A stretch of 64,000 bases of DNA from Nemertoderma westbladi (lineage: Eukaryota > Animalia > Xenacoelomorpha). The stretch's first letter is position 1, and every line of letters begins with the position of its first letter. The notes beneath the pieces are model-generated. The model saw only the letters and a list, made by a program, of their open reading frames with translations, did no database searches and was not told the DNA's origin. Both the position numbers and the translations under genes were made by a program. Below are positions 22,767 through 37,700 of this stretch, one piece after another. The DNA lies in contig JAUCBJ010001812.1 of the NCBI GenBank assembly GCA_032718475.1, positions 1 to 64,000 of the forward strand, given 5' to 3'.

Positions 22767-25700
22767 CTGAATAGAATGCAATTAATTTAGGTAGAATAAA
22801 GTCCGAAGTAGATAGCCCTGAATAGAATGCAATTAATTTAGGTAGAATAAAGTCCGAAGTAAATAGCCCTGAATAGAATGCAATTAATTTAGGTAGAATA
22901 AAGTCCGAAGTAGATAGCCCTGAATGGAATGCAATTAATTTCGGTAGAATAAAGTCCGAAGTAGATAGCCCTGAATAGAATGCAATTAATTTAGGTACAA
23001 TTAATTTAGGTAGAATAAAGTCCGAAGTAGATAGCCCTGAATGGAATGCAATTAATTTCGGTAGAATAAAGTCCGAAGTAGATAGCCCTGAATAGAATGC
23101 AATTAATTTAGGTAGAATAAAGTCCGAAGTAGATAGCCCTGAATGGAATGCAATTAATTTCGGTAGAATAAAGTCCGAAGTAGATAGCCCTGAATAGAAT
23201 GCAATTAATTTAGGTAGAATAAACTCCGAAGTAGATAGTGCTGAATGGAATACAATTAATTTAGGTAGAATAAAGTCCGAAGTAGATAGTGCTGAATGGA
23301 ATGCAATTAATTTCGGTAGAATAAAGTCCGAAGTAGATAGCCCTGAATAGAATGCAATTAATTTAGGTAGAATAAACTCCGAAGTAGATAGTGCTGAATG
23401 GAATACAATTAATTTAGGTAGAATAAAGTCCGAAGTAGATAGTGCTGAATGGAATGCAATTAATTTAGGTAGAATAAAGTCCGAAGTAGATAGTGCTGAA
23501 TGGAATGCAATTAATTTAGGTAGAATAAAGTCCGAAGTAGATAGCCCTGAATGGAATACAATTAATTTAGGTAGAATAAAGTCCGAAGTAGATAGTGCTG
23601 AATGGAATGCAATTAATTTAGGTAGAATAAAGTCCGAAGTAGATAGTGCTGAATGGAATGCAATTAATTTAGGTAGAATAAAGTCCGATTAGATAGTGCT
23701 GAATGGAATGCAATTAATTTAGGTAGAATAAAGTCCGATTAGATAGTGCTGAATGGAATGCAATTAATTTAGGTAGAATAAAGTCCGAAGTAGATAGTGC
23801 TGAATGGAATGCAATTAATTTAGGTAGAATAAAGTCCGAGGTAGATAGTGCTGAATGGAATGCAATTAATTTAGGTAGAATAAAGTCCGAGGTAGATAGT
23901 GCTGAATGGAATGCAATTAATTTAGGTAGAATAAAGTCCGATTAGATAGTGCTGAATGGAATGCAATTAATTTAGGTAGAATAAAGTCCGATTAGATAGT
24001 GCTGAATGGAATACAATTAATTTAGGTAGAATAAAGTCCGAGGTAGATAGTGCTGAATGGAATGCAATTAATTTAGGTAGAATAAAGTCCGAGGTAGATA
24101 GTGCTGAATGGAATGCAATTAATTTAGGTAGAATAAAGTCCGATTAGATAGTGCTGAATGGAATACAATTAATTTAGGTAGAATAAAGTCCGAAGTAGAT
24201 AGTGCTGAATGGAATGCAATTAATCTAGATAGAATAAACTCCGAAGTAAATAGTGCTGAATGGAATGCAATTAATTTAGGTAGAATAAACTCCGAAGTAG
24301 ATAGTGCTGAATGGAATGCAATTAATCTAGATAGAATAAAGTCCGAAGTAGATAGTGCTGAATGGAATGCAATTAATTTAGGTAGAATAAAGTCCGAAGT
24401 AGATAGCCCTGAATGGAATGCAATTAATTTAGGTAGAATAAAGTCCGAAGTAGATAGTGCTGAATGGAATGCAATTAATTTAGGTAGAATAAACTCCGAA
24501 GTAGATAGTGCTGAATGGAATGCAATTAATCTAGATAGAATAAAGTCCGAAGTAGATAGTGCTGAATGGAATGCAATTAATTTAGGTAGAATAAAGTCCG
24601 AAGTAGATAGTGCTGAATGGAATGCAATTAATTTAGGTAGAATAAAGTCCGAAGTAGATAGTGCTGAATGGAATGCAATTAATTTAGGTAGAATAAACTC
24701 CGAAGTAGATAGTGCTGAATGGAATGCAATTAATCTAGATAGAATAAAGTCCGAAGTAGATAGTGCTGAATGGAATGCAATTAATCTAGATAGAATAAAG
24801 TCCGAGGTAGATAGTGCTGAATGGAATGCAATTAATTTAGGTAGAATAAAGTCCGATTAGATAGTGCTGAATGGAATGCAATTAATTTAGATACAATAAA
24901 GTCCGATTAGATAGTGCTGAATGGAATGCAATTAATCTAGATAGAATAAAGTCCGAAGTAGATAGTGCTGAATGGAATGCAATTAATTTAGGTAGAATAA
25001 ACTCCGAAGTAAATAGTGCTGAATGGAATGCAATTAATTTAGGTAGAATAAAGTCCGATTAGATAGTGCTGAATGGAATGCAATTAATCTAGATAGAATA
25101 AAGTCCGATTAGATAGTGCTGAATAGAATGCAATTAATTTAGGTAGAATAAAGTCCGATTAGATAGTGCTGAATGGAATGCAATTAATTTAGGTAGAATA
25201 AAGTCCGAAGTAGATAGTGCTGAATGGAATGCAATTAATTTAGGTAGAATAAAGTCCGAAGTAGATAGTGCTGAATGGAATGCAATTAATCTAGATAGAA
25301 TAAAGTCCGAAGTAGATAGTGCTGAATGGAATGCAATTAATCTAGATAGAATAAAGTCCGATTAGATAGTGCTGAATAGAATGCAATTAATTTAGGTAGA
25401 ATAAAGTCCGATTAGATAGTGCTGAATGGAATGCAATTAATTTAGGTAGAATAAAGTCCGAAGTAGATAGTGCTGAATGGAATGCAATTAATCTAGATAG
25501 AATAAAGTCCGAAGTAGATAGTGCTGAATGGAATGCAATTAATCTAGATAGAATAAAGTCCGATTAGATAGTGCTGAATGGAATGCAATTAATTTAGATA
25601 GAATAAAGTCCGAAGTAGATAGTGCTGAATGGAATGCAATTAATTTAGGTAGAATAAACTCCGAAGTAAATAGTGCTGAATGGAATGCAATTAATTTAGG

Positions 25701-28700
25701 TAGAATAAAGTCCGATTAGATAGTGCTGAATGGAATGCAATTAATCTAGATAGAATAAAGTCCGATTAGATAGTGCTGAATAGAATGCAATTAATTTAGG
25801 TAGAATAAAGTCCGATTAGATAGTGCTGAATGGAATGCAATTAATTTAGGTAGAATAAAGTCCGAAGTAGATAGTGCTGAATGGAATGCAATTAATTTAG
25901 GTAGAATAAAGTCCGAAGTAGATAGTGCTGAATGGAATGCAATTAATCTAGATAGAATAAAGTCCGATTAGATAGTGCTGAATGGAATGCAATTAATTTA
26001 GATAGAATAAAGTCCGAAGTAGATAGTGCTGAATGGAATGCAATTAATTTAGGTAGAATAAACTCCGAAGTAAATAGTGCTGAATGGAATGCAATTAATT
26101 TAGGTAGAATAAAGTCCGATTAGATAGTGCTGAATGGAATGCAATTAATCTAGATAGAATAAAGTCCGATTAGATAGTGCTGAATAGAATGCAATTAATT
26201 TAGGTAGAATAAAGTCCGATTAGATAGTGCTGAATGGAATGCAATTAATTTAGGTAGAATAAAGTCCGATTAGATAGTGCTGAATGGAATGCAATTAATC
26301 TAGATAGAATAAAGTCCGAAGTAGATAGTGCTGAATGGAATGCAATTAATCTAGATAGAATAAAGTCCGATTAGATAGTGCTGAATAGAATGCAATTAAT
26401 TTAGGTAGAATAAAGTCCGATTAGATAGTGCTGAATGGAATGCAATTAATCTAGATAGAATAAAGTCCGATTAGATAGTGCTGAATGGAATGCAATTAAT
26501 TTAGGTAGAATAAAGTCCGATTAGATAGTGCTGAATGGAATGCAATTAATCTAGATAGAATAAAGTCCGAAGTAGATAGTGCTGAATGGAATGCAATTAA
26601 TCTAGATAGAATAAAGTCCGAAGTAGATAGTGCTGAATGGAATGCAATTAATTTAGATAGAATAAAGTCCGATTAGATAGCCCTGAATGGAATGCAATTA
26701 ATTTAGGTAGAATAAACTCCGAAGTAAATAGTGCTGAATGGAATGCAATTAATTTAGGTAGAATAAAGTCCGATTAGATAGTGCTGAATGGAATGCAATT
26801 AATCTAGATAGAATAAAGTCCGATTAGATAGTGCTGAATAGAATGCAATTAATTTAGGTAGAATAAAGTCCGATTAGATAGTGCTGAATGGAATGCAATT
26901 AATCTAGATAGAATAAAGTCCGAAGTAGATAGTGCTGAATGGAATGCAATTAATCTAGATAGAATAAAGTCCGATTAGATAGTGCTGAATGGAATGCAAT
27001 TAATTTAGGTAGAATAAAGTCCGATTAGATAGTGCTGAATGGAATGCAATTAATTTAGGTAGAATAAAGTCCGATTAGATAGTGCTGAATGGAATGCAAT
27101 TAATCTAGATAGAATAAAGTCCGAAGTAGATAGTGCTGAATGGAATGCAATTAATTTAGGTAGAATAAACTCCGAAGTAAATAGTGCTGAATGGAATGCA
27201 ATTAATTTAGGTATAATAAAGTCCGAAGTAGATAGTGCTGAATGGAATGCAATTAATCTAGATAGAATAAAGTCCGAAGTAGATAGTGCTGAATGGAATG
27301 CAATTAATTTAGGTAGAATAAACTCCGAAGTAAATAGTGCTGAATGGAATGCAATTAATTTAGGTAGAATAAAGTCCGATTAGATAGTGCTGAATGGAAT
27401 GCAATTAATTTAGGTAGAATAAAGTCCGATTAGATAGTGCTGAATGGAATGCAATTAATCTAGATAGAATAAAGTCCGAAGTAGATAGTGCTGAATGGAA
27501 TGCAATTAATTTAGGTAGAATAAACTCCGAAGTAAATAGTGCTGAATGGAATGCAATTAATTTAGGTAGAATAAAGTCCGATTAGATAGTGCTGAATGGA
27601 ATGCAATTAATCTAGATAGAATAAAGTCCGAAGTAGATAGTGCTGAATGGAATGCAATTAATTTAGGTAGAATAAACTCCGAAGTAAATAGTGCTGAATG
27701 GAATGCAATTAATTTAGGTAGAATAAAGTCCGATTAGATAGTGCTGAATGGAATGCAATTAATTTAGATAGAATAAAGTCCGAAGTAAATAGTGCTGAAT
27801 GGAATGCAATTAATTTAGGTAGAATAAAGTCCGATTAGATAGTGCTGAATGGAATGCAATTAATCTAGATAGAATAAACTCCGAAGTAAATAGTGCTGAA
27901 TGGAATGCAATTAATTTAGGTAGAATAAAGTCCGATTAGATAGTGCTGAATGGAATGCAATTAATTTAGATAGAATAAAGTCCGAAGTAAATAGTGCTGA
28001 ATGGAATGCAATTAATTTAGGTAGAATAAAGTCCGATTAGATAGTGCTGAATGGAATGCAATTAATTTAGATAGAATAAAGTCCGATTAGATAGCCCTGA
28101 ATGGAATGCAATTAATTTAGGTAGAATAAACTCCGAAGTAAATAGTGCTGAATGGAATGCAATTAATTTAGGTAGAATAAAGTCCGATTAGATAGTGCTG
28201 AATGGAATGCAATTAATTTAGATAGAATAAAGTCCGAAGTAAATAGTGCTGAATGGAATGCAATTAATTTAGGTAGAATAAAGTCCGATTAGATAGTGCT
28301 GAATGGAATGCAATTAATTTAGATAGAATAAAGTCCGATTAGATAGCCCTGAATGGAATGCAATTAATTTAGGTAGAATAAACTCCGAAGTAAATAGTGC
28401 TGAATGGAATGCAATTAATTTAGGTAGAATAAAGTCCGATTAGATAGTGCTGAATGGAATGCAATTAATCTAGATAGAATAAAGTCCGAAGTAGATAGTG
28501 CTGAATGGAATGCAATTAATTTAGATAGAATAAAGTCCGATTAGATAGCCCTGAATGGAATGCAATTAATTTAGGTAGAATAAACTCCGAAGTAAATAGT
28601 GCTGAATGGAATGCAATTAATTTAGGTAGAATAAAGTCCGATTAGATAGTGCTGAATGGAATGCAATTAATCTAGATAGAATAAAGTCCGATTAGATAGT

Positions 28701-31700
28701 GCTGAATAGAATGCAATTAATTTAGGTAGAATAAAGTCCGATTAGATAGTGCTGAATGGAATGCAATTAATCTAGATAGAATAAAGTCCGAAGTAGATAG
28801 TGCTGAATGGAATGCAATTAATCTAGATAGAATAAAGTCCGATTAGATAGTGCTGAATGGAATGCAATTAATTTAGATAGAATAAAGTCCGAAGTAAATA
28901 GTGCTGAATGGAATGCAATTAATTTAGGTAGAATAAACTCCGAAGTAAATAGTGCTGAATGGAATGCAATTAATTTAGGTAGAATAAAGTCCGATTAGAT
29001 AGTGCTGAATGGAATGCAATTAATTTAGATAGAATAAAGTCCGAAGTAAATAGTGCTGAATGGAATGCAATTAATTTAGGTAGAATAAAGTCCGATTAGA
29101 TAGTGCTGAATGGAATGCAATTAATTTAGGTAGAATAAAGTCCGAGGTAGATAGTGCTGAATGGAATGCAATTAATTTAGATAGAATAAAGTCCGAAGTA
29201 AATAGTGCTGAATGGAATGCAATTAATTTAGGTAGAATAAAGTCCGATTAGATAGTGCTGAATGGAATGCAATTAATTTAGATAGAATAAAGTCCGATTA
29301 GATAGCGCTGAATGGAATACAATTAATCTAGATAGAATAAAGTCCGAAGTAGATAGTGCTGAATGGAATGCAATTAATTTAGATAGAATAAAGTCCGATT
29401 AGATAGCCCTGAATGGAATGCAATTAATTTAGGTAGAATAAACTCCGAAGTAAATAGTGCTGAATGGAATGCAATTAATTTAGATAGAATAAAGTCCGAT
29501 TAGATAGCGCTGAATGGAATACAATTAATCTAGATAGAATAAAGTCCGAAGTAGATAGTGCTGAATGGAATGCAATTAATTTAGATAGAATAAAGTCCGA
29601 TTAGATAGCCCTGAATGGAATGCAATTAATTTAGGTAGAATAAACTCCGAAGTAAATAGTGCTGAATGGAATGCAATTAATTTAGGTAGAATAAAGTCCG
29701 ATTAGATAGTGCTGAATGGAATGCAATTAATCTAGATAGAATAAAGTCCGAAGTAGATAGTGCTGAATGGAATGCAATTAATTTAGATAGAATAAAGTCC
29801 GATTAGATAGCCCTGAATGGAATGCAATTAATTTAGGTAGAATAAACTCCGAAGTAAATAGTGCTGAATGGAATGCAATTAATTTAGGTAGAATAAAGTC
29901 CGATTAGATAGCGCTGAATGGAATGCAATTAATTTAGATAGAATAAAGTCCGAAGTAGATAGTGCTGAATGGAATGCAATTAATCTAGATAGAATAAAGT
30001 CCGATTAGATAGTGCTGAATGGAATGCAATTAATCTAGATAGAATAAAGTCCGAAGTAGATAGTGCTGAATGGAATGCAATTAATCTAGATAGAATAAAG
30101 TCCGATTAGATAGTGCTGAATGGAATGCAATTAATTTAGGTAGAATAAAGTCCGAGGTAGATAGTGCTGAATGGAATGCAATTAATTTAGGTAGAATAAA
30201 GTCCGAAGTAGATAGTGCTGAATGGAATGCAATTAATCTAGATAGAATAAAGTCCGAAGTAGATAGTGCTGAATGGAATGCAATTAATCTAGATAGAATA
30301 AAGTCCGATTAGATAGTGCTGAATAGAATGCAATTAATTTAGGTAGAATAAAGTCCGATTAGATAGCGCTGAATGGAATGCAATTAATTTAGATAGAATA
30401 AAGTCCGAAGTAGATAGTGCTGAATGGAATGCAATTAATCTAGATAGAATAAAGTCCGATTAGATAGTGCTGAATGGAATGCAATTAATCTAGATAGAAT
30501 AAAGTCCGAAGTAGATAGTGCTGAATGGAATGCAATTAATCTAGATAGAATAAAGTCCGATTAGATAGTGCTGAATGGAATGCAATTAATTTAGGTAGAA
30601 TAAAGTCCGAGGTAGATAGTGCTGAATGGAATGCAATTAATTTAGGTAGAATAAAGTCCGAAGTAGATAGTGCTGAATGGAATGCAATTAATCTAGATAG
30701 AATAAAGTCCGAAGTAGATAGTGCTGAATGGAATGCAATTAATCTAGATAGAATAAAGTCCGATTAGATAGTGCTGAATAGAATGCAATTAATTTAGGTA
30801 GAATAAAGTCCGATTAGATAGTGCTGAATGGAATGCAATTAATCTAGATAGAATAAAGTCCGAAGTAGATAGTGCTGAATGGAATGCAATTAATCTAGAT
30901 AGAATAAAGTCCGATTAGATAGTGCTGAATGGAATGCAATTAATTTAGGTAGAATAAAGTCCGAGGTAGATAGTGCTGAATGGAATGCAATTAATTTAGG
31001 TAGAATAAAGTCCGAAGTAGATAGTGCTGAATGGAATGCAATTAATCTAGATAGAATAAAGTCCGAAGTAGATAGTGCTGAATGGAATGCAATTAATTTA
31101 GGTAGAATAAAGTCCGAAGTAGATAGTGCTGAATGGAATGCAATTAATCTAGATAGAATAAACTCCGAAGTAAATAGTGCTGAATGGAATGCAATTAATT
31201 TAGATAGAATAAACTCCGAAGTAGATAGTGCTGAATGGAATGCAATTAATTTAGGTAGAATAAAGTCCGATTAGATAGTGCTGAATGGAATGCAATTAAT
31301 TTAGGTAGAATAAAGTCCGATTAGATAGTGCTGAATAGAATGCAATTAATTTAGGTAGAATAAAGTCCGATTAGATAGTGCTGAATGGAATGCAATTAAT
31401 CTAGATAGAATAAAGTCCGAAGTAGATAGTGTTGAATGGAATGCAATTAATTTAGGTAGAATAAAGTCCGAAGTAGATAGTGCTGAATGGAATGCAATTA
31501 ATCTAGATAGAATAAAGTCCGAAGTAGATAGTGCTGAATGGAATGCAATTAATCTAGATAGAATAAAGTCCGATTAGATAGTGCTGAATGGAATGCAATT
31601 AATTTAGATAGAATAAAGTCCGAAGTAGATAGTGCTGAATAGAATGCAATTAATTTAGGTAGAATAAAGTCCGATTAGATAGTGCTGAATGGAATGCAAT

Positions 31701-34700
31701 TAATTTAGATAGAATAAAGTCCGAAGTAGATAGTGCTGAATGGAATGCAATTAATCTAGATAGAATAAAGTAAGAAGTAGATAGCCCTGAATGGAATGCA
31801 ATTAATCTAGATAGAATAAAGTCCGATTAGATAGTGCTGAATGGAATACAATTAATTTTGGTAGAATAAAGTCCGAGGTAGATAGTGCTGAATGGAATGC
31901 AATTAATTTAGGTAGAATAAAGTCCGAGGTAGATAGTGCTGAATGGAATGCAATTAATTTAGGTAGAATAAAGTCCGAGGTAGATAGTGCTGAATGGAAT
32001 GCAATTAATTTAGGTAGAATAAAGTCCGAGGTAGATAGTGCTGAATGGAATGCAATTAATTTAGGTAGAATAAAGTCCGAGGTAGATAGTGCTGAATGGA
32101 ATGCAATTAATTTAGGTAGAATAAAGTCCGAAGTAGATAGTGCTGAATGGAATGCAATTAATTTAGGTAGAATAAAGTCCGAGGTAGATAGTGCTGAATG
32201 GAATGCAATTAATTTAGGTAGAATAAAGTCCGAGGTAGATAGTGCTGAATGGAATGCAATTAATTTAGGTAGAATAAAGTCCGAAGTAGATAGTGCTGAA
32301 TGGAATGCAATTAATCTAGATAGAATAAAGTCCGAAGTAGATAGTGCTGAATGGAATGCAATTAATCTAGATAGAATAAAGTCCGAAGTAAATAGTGCTG
32401 AATGGAATGCAATTAATCTAGATAGAATAAAGTCCGATTAGATAGTGCTGAATGGAATGCAATTAATTTAGGTAGAATAAAGTCCGATTAGATAGTGCTG
32501 AATGGAATGCAATTAATCTAGATAGAATAAAGTCCGAAGTAGATAGTGCTGAATGGAATGCAATTAATTTAGGTAGAATAAAGTCCGAAGTAGATAGTGC
32601 TGAATGGAATGCAATTAATTTAGGTAGAATAAAGTCCGAAGTAGATAGTGCTGAATGGAATGCAATTAATCTAGATACAATAAAGTCCGATTAGATAGTG
32701 CTGAATGGAATGCAATTAATCTAGATAGAATAAAGTCCGAAGTAGATAGTGCTGAATGGAATGCAATTAATTTAGGTAGAATAAAGTCCGAAGTAGATAG
32801 CGCTGAATGGAATGCAATTAATCTAGATAGAATAAAGTCCGATTAGATAGTGCTGAATGGAATGCAATTAATTTAGGTAGAATAAAGTCCGATTAGATAG
32901 TGCTGAATGGAATGCAATTAATCTAGATAGAATAAAGTCCGAAGTAGATAGTGCTGAATGGAATGCAATTAATTTAGGTAGAATAAAGTCCGAAGTAGAT
33001 TGCGCTGAATGGAATGCAATTAATCTAGATAGAATAAAGTCCGATTAGATAGTGCTGAATGGAATGCAATTAATTTAGGTAGAATAAAGTCCGATTAGAT
33101 AGTGCTGAATGGAATGCAATTAATTTAGGTAGAATAAAGTCCGAAGTAGATAGTGCTGAATGGAATGCAATTAATTTAGATAGAATAAAGTCCGATTAGA
33201 TAGTGCTGAATGGAATGCAATTAATTTAGGTAGAATAAAGTCCGAAGTAGATAGTGCTGAATGGAATGCAATTAATTTAGATAGAATAAAGTCCGATTAG
33301 ATTGTGCTGAATGGAATGCAATTAATTTAGGTAGAATAAAGTCCGAGGTAGATAGTGCTGAATGGAATGCAATTAATCTAGATAGAATAAAGTCCGAAGT
33401 AGATAGCCCTGAATGGAATGCAATTAATTTAGGTAGAATAGGGCCTAAAGTCCGATTAGATAGTGCTGAATGGAATGCAATTAATTTAGGTAGAATAAAC
33501 TCCGAAGTAGATAGTGCTGAATGGAATGCAATTAATCTAGATAGAATAAAGTCCGAAGTAGATAGTGCTGAATGGAATGCAATTAATTTAGGTAGAATAA
33601 AGTCCGAAGTAGATAGTGCTGAATGGAATGCAATTAATCTAGATAGAATAAACTCCGAAGTAAATAGTGCTGAATGGAATGCAATTAATTTAGGTAGAAT
33701 AAAGTCCGAAGTAGATAGTGCTGAATGGAATGCAATTAATTTAGGTAGAATAAAGTCCGAAGTAGATAGTGCTGAATGGAATGCAATTAATTTAGGTAGA
33801 ATAAAGTCCGATTAGATAGTGCTGAATGGAATGCAATTAATCTAGATAGAATAAAGTCCGATTAGATAGTGCTGAATGGAATGCAATTAATTTAGGTAGA
33901 ATAAAGTCCGATTAGATAGTGCTGAATGGAATGCAATTAATTTAGGTAGAATAAACTCCGAAGTAGATAGTGCTGAATGGAATGCAATTAATTTAGATAG
34001 AATAAAGTCCGAAGTAGATAGTGCTGAATGGAATGCAATTAATCTAGATAGAATAAACTCCGAAGTAAATAGTGCTGAATGGAATGCAATTAATTTAGGT
34101 AGAATAAACTCCGAAGTAGATAGTGCTGAATGGAATGCAATTAATTTAGATAGAATAAAGTCCGAAGTAGATAGTGCTGAATGGAATGCAATTAATTTAG
34201 GTAGAATAAAGTCCGAAGTAGATAGTGCTGAATGGAATGCAATTAATCTAGATAGAATAAACTCCGAAGTAAATAGTGCTGAATGGAATGCAATTAATTT
34301 AGATAGAATAAACTCCGAAGTAGATAGTGCTGAATGGAATGCAATTAATTTAGGTAGAATAAAGTCCGAAGTAAATAGTGCTGAATGGAATGCAATTAAT
34401 TTAGGTAGAATAAACTCCGAAGTAGATAGTGCTGAATGGAATGCAATTAATCTAGATAGAATAAACTCCGAAGTAAATAGTGCTGAATGGAATGCAATTA
34501 ATTTAGGTAGAATAAACTCCGAAGTAGATAGTGCTGAATGGAATGCAATTAATCTAGATAGAATAAACTCCGAAGTAAATAGTGCTGAATGGAATGCAAT
34601 TAATTTAGGTAGAATAAACTCCGAAGTAGATAGTGCTGAATGGAATACAATTAATTTAGATAGAATAAAGTCCGAAGTAGATAGTGCTGAATGGAATGCA

Positions 34701-37700
34701 ATTAATCTAGATAGAATAAACTCCGAAGTAAATAGTGCTGAATGGAATGCAATTAATTTAGGTAGAATAAAGTCCGAAGTAGATAGTGCTGAATGGAATG
34801 CAATTAATCTAGATAGAATAAAGTCCGATTAGATAGTGCTGAATGGAATGCAATTAATCTAGATAGAATAAAGTCCGAAGTAGATAGTGCTGAATGGAAT
34901 GCAATTAATCTAGATAGAATAAACTCCGAAGTAAATAGTGCTGAATGGAATGCAATTAATTTAGGTAGAATAAAGTCCGAAGTAGATAGTGCTGAATGGA
35001 ATGCAATTAATTTAGATAGAATAAAGTCCGAAGTAGATAGTGCTGAATGGAATGCAATTAATTTAGGTAGAATAAAGTCCGAAGTAGATAGTGCTGAATG
35101 GAATGCAATTAATCTAGATAGAATAAACTCCGAAGTAAATAGTGCTGAATGGAATGCAATTAATTTAGATAGAATAAACTCCGAAGTAGATAGTGCTGAA
35201 TGGAATGCAATTAATTTAGGTAGAATAAAGTCCGAAGTAAATAGTGCTGAATGGAATGCAATTAATTTAGGTAGAATAAACTCCGAAGTAGATAGTGCTG
35301 AATGGAATGCAATTAATCTAGATAGAATAAACTCCGAAGTAGATAGTGCTGAATGGAATGCAATTAATTTAGGTAGAATAAAGTCCGAAGTAAATAGTGC
35401 TGAATGGAATGCAATTAATTTAGGTAGAATAAACTCCGAAGTAGATAGTGCTGAATGGAATGCAATTAATCTAGATAGAATAAACTCCGAAGTAAATAGT
35501 GCTGAATGGAATGCAATTAATTTAGGTAGAATAAACTCCGAAGTAGATAGTGCTGAATGGAATGCAATTAATCTAGATAGAATAAACTCCGAAGTAAATA
35601 GTGCTGAATGGAATGCAATTAATTTAGGTAGAATAAACTCCGAAGTAGATAGTGCTGAATGGAATGCAATTAATTTAGATAGAATAAAGTCCGAAGTAGA
35701 TAGTGCTGAATGGAATGCAATTAATTTAGGTAGAATAAAGTCCGAAGTAGATAGTGCTGAATGGAATGCAATTAATCTAGATAGAATAAACTCCGAAGTA
35801 AATAGTGCTGAATGGAATGCAATTAATTTAGATAGAATAAACTCCGAAGTAGATAGTGCTGAATGGAATGCAATTAATTTAGGTAGAATAAAGTCCGAAG
35901 TAAATAGTGCTGAATGGAATGCAATTAATTTAGGTAGAATAAACTCCGAAGTAGATAGTGCTGAATGGAATGCAATTAATCTAGATAGAATAAACTCCGA
36001 AGTAAATAGTGCTGAATGGAATGCAATTAATTTAGGTAGAATAAACTCCGAAGTAGATAGTGCTGAATGGAATGCAATTAATCTAGATAGAATAAACTCC
36101 GAAGTAAATAGTGCTGAATGGAATGCAATTAATTTAGGTAGAATAAACTCCGAAGTAGATAGTGCTGAATGGAATACAATTAATTTAGATAGAATAAAGT
36201 CCGAAGTAGATAGTGCTGAATGGAATGCAATTAATCTAGATAGAATAAACTCCGAAGTAAATAGTGCTGAATGGAATGCAATTAATTTAGGTAGAATAAA
36301 GTCCGAAGTAGATAGTGCTGAATGGAATGCAATTAATCTAGATAGAATAAAGTCCGATTAGATAGTGCTGAATGGAATGCAATTAATTTAGGTAGAATAA
36401 ACTCCGAAGTAGATAGTGCTGAATGGAATGCAATTAATCTAGATAGAATAAACTCCGAAGTAAATAGTGCTGAATGGAATGCAATTAATTTAGGTAGAAT
36501 AAAGTCCGAAGTAGATAGTGCTGAATGGAATGCAATTAATTTAGGTAGAATAAACTCCGAAGTAGATAGTGCTGAATGGAATGCAATTAATTTAGGTAGA
36601 ATAAAGTCCGAAGTAGATAGTGCTGAATGGAATGCAATTAATTTAGGTAGAATAAAGTCCGAAGTAGATAGTGCTGAATGGAATGCAATTAATTTAGGTA
36701 GAATAAAGTCCGATTAGATAGTGCTGAATGGAATACAATTAATTTAGGTAGAATAAAGTCCGAAGTAGATAGTGCTGAATGGAATGCAATTAATTTAGGT
36801 AGAATAAAGTCCGATTAGATAGTGCTGAATGGAATGCAATTAATCTAGATAGAATAAACTCCGAAGTAAATAGTGCTGAATGGAATGCAATTAATTTAGG
36901 TAGAATAAACTCCGAAGTAGATAGTGCTGAATGGAATGCAATTAATCTAGATAGAATAAACTCCGAAGTAAATAGTGCTGAATGGAATGCAATTAATTTA
37001 GGTAGAATAAAGTCCGAAGTAGATAGTGCTGAATGGAATGCAATTAATTTAGGTAGAATAAAGTCCGATTAGATAGTGCTGAATGGAATGCAATTAATCT
37101 AGATAGAATAAACTCCGAAGTAAATAGTGCTGAATGGAATGCAATTAATTTAGGTAGAATAAACTCCGAAGTAGATAGTGCTGAATGGAATGCAATTAAT
37201 TTAGGTAGAATAAAGTCCGAAGTAGATAGCCCTGAATGGAATGCAATTAATTTAGGTAGAATAAAGTCCGAAGTAGATAGTGCTGAATGGAATGCAATTA
37301 ATCTAGATAGAATAAACTCCGAAGTAAATAGTGCTGAATGGAATGCAATTAATTTAGGTAGAATAAAGTCCGAAGTAGATAGTGCTGAATGGAATGCAAT
37401 TAATTTAGGTAGAATAAACTCCGAAGTAGATAGTGCTGAATGGAATGCAATTAATTTAGGTAGAATAAACTCCGAAGTAAATAGTGCTGAATGGAATGCA
37501 ATTAATTTAGGTAGAATAAAGTCCGAAGTAGATAGTGCTGAATGGAATGCAATTAATTTAGGTAGAATAAACTCCGAAGTAGATAGTGCTGAATGGAATG
37601 CAATTAATTTAGGTAGAATAAAGTCCGAAGTAGATAGTGCTGAATGGAATGCAATTAATTTAGGTAGAATAAAGTCCGAAGTAGATAGTGCTGAATGGAA

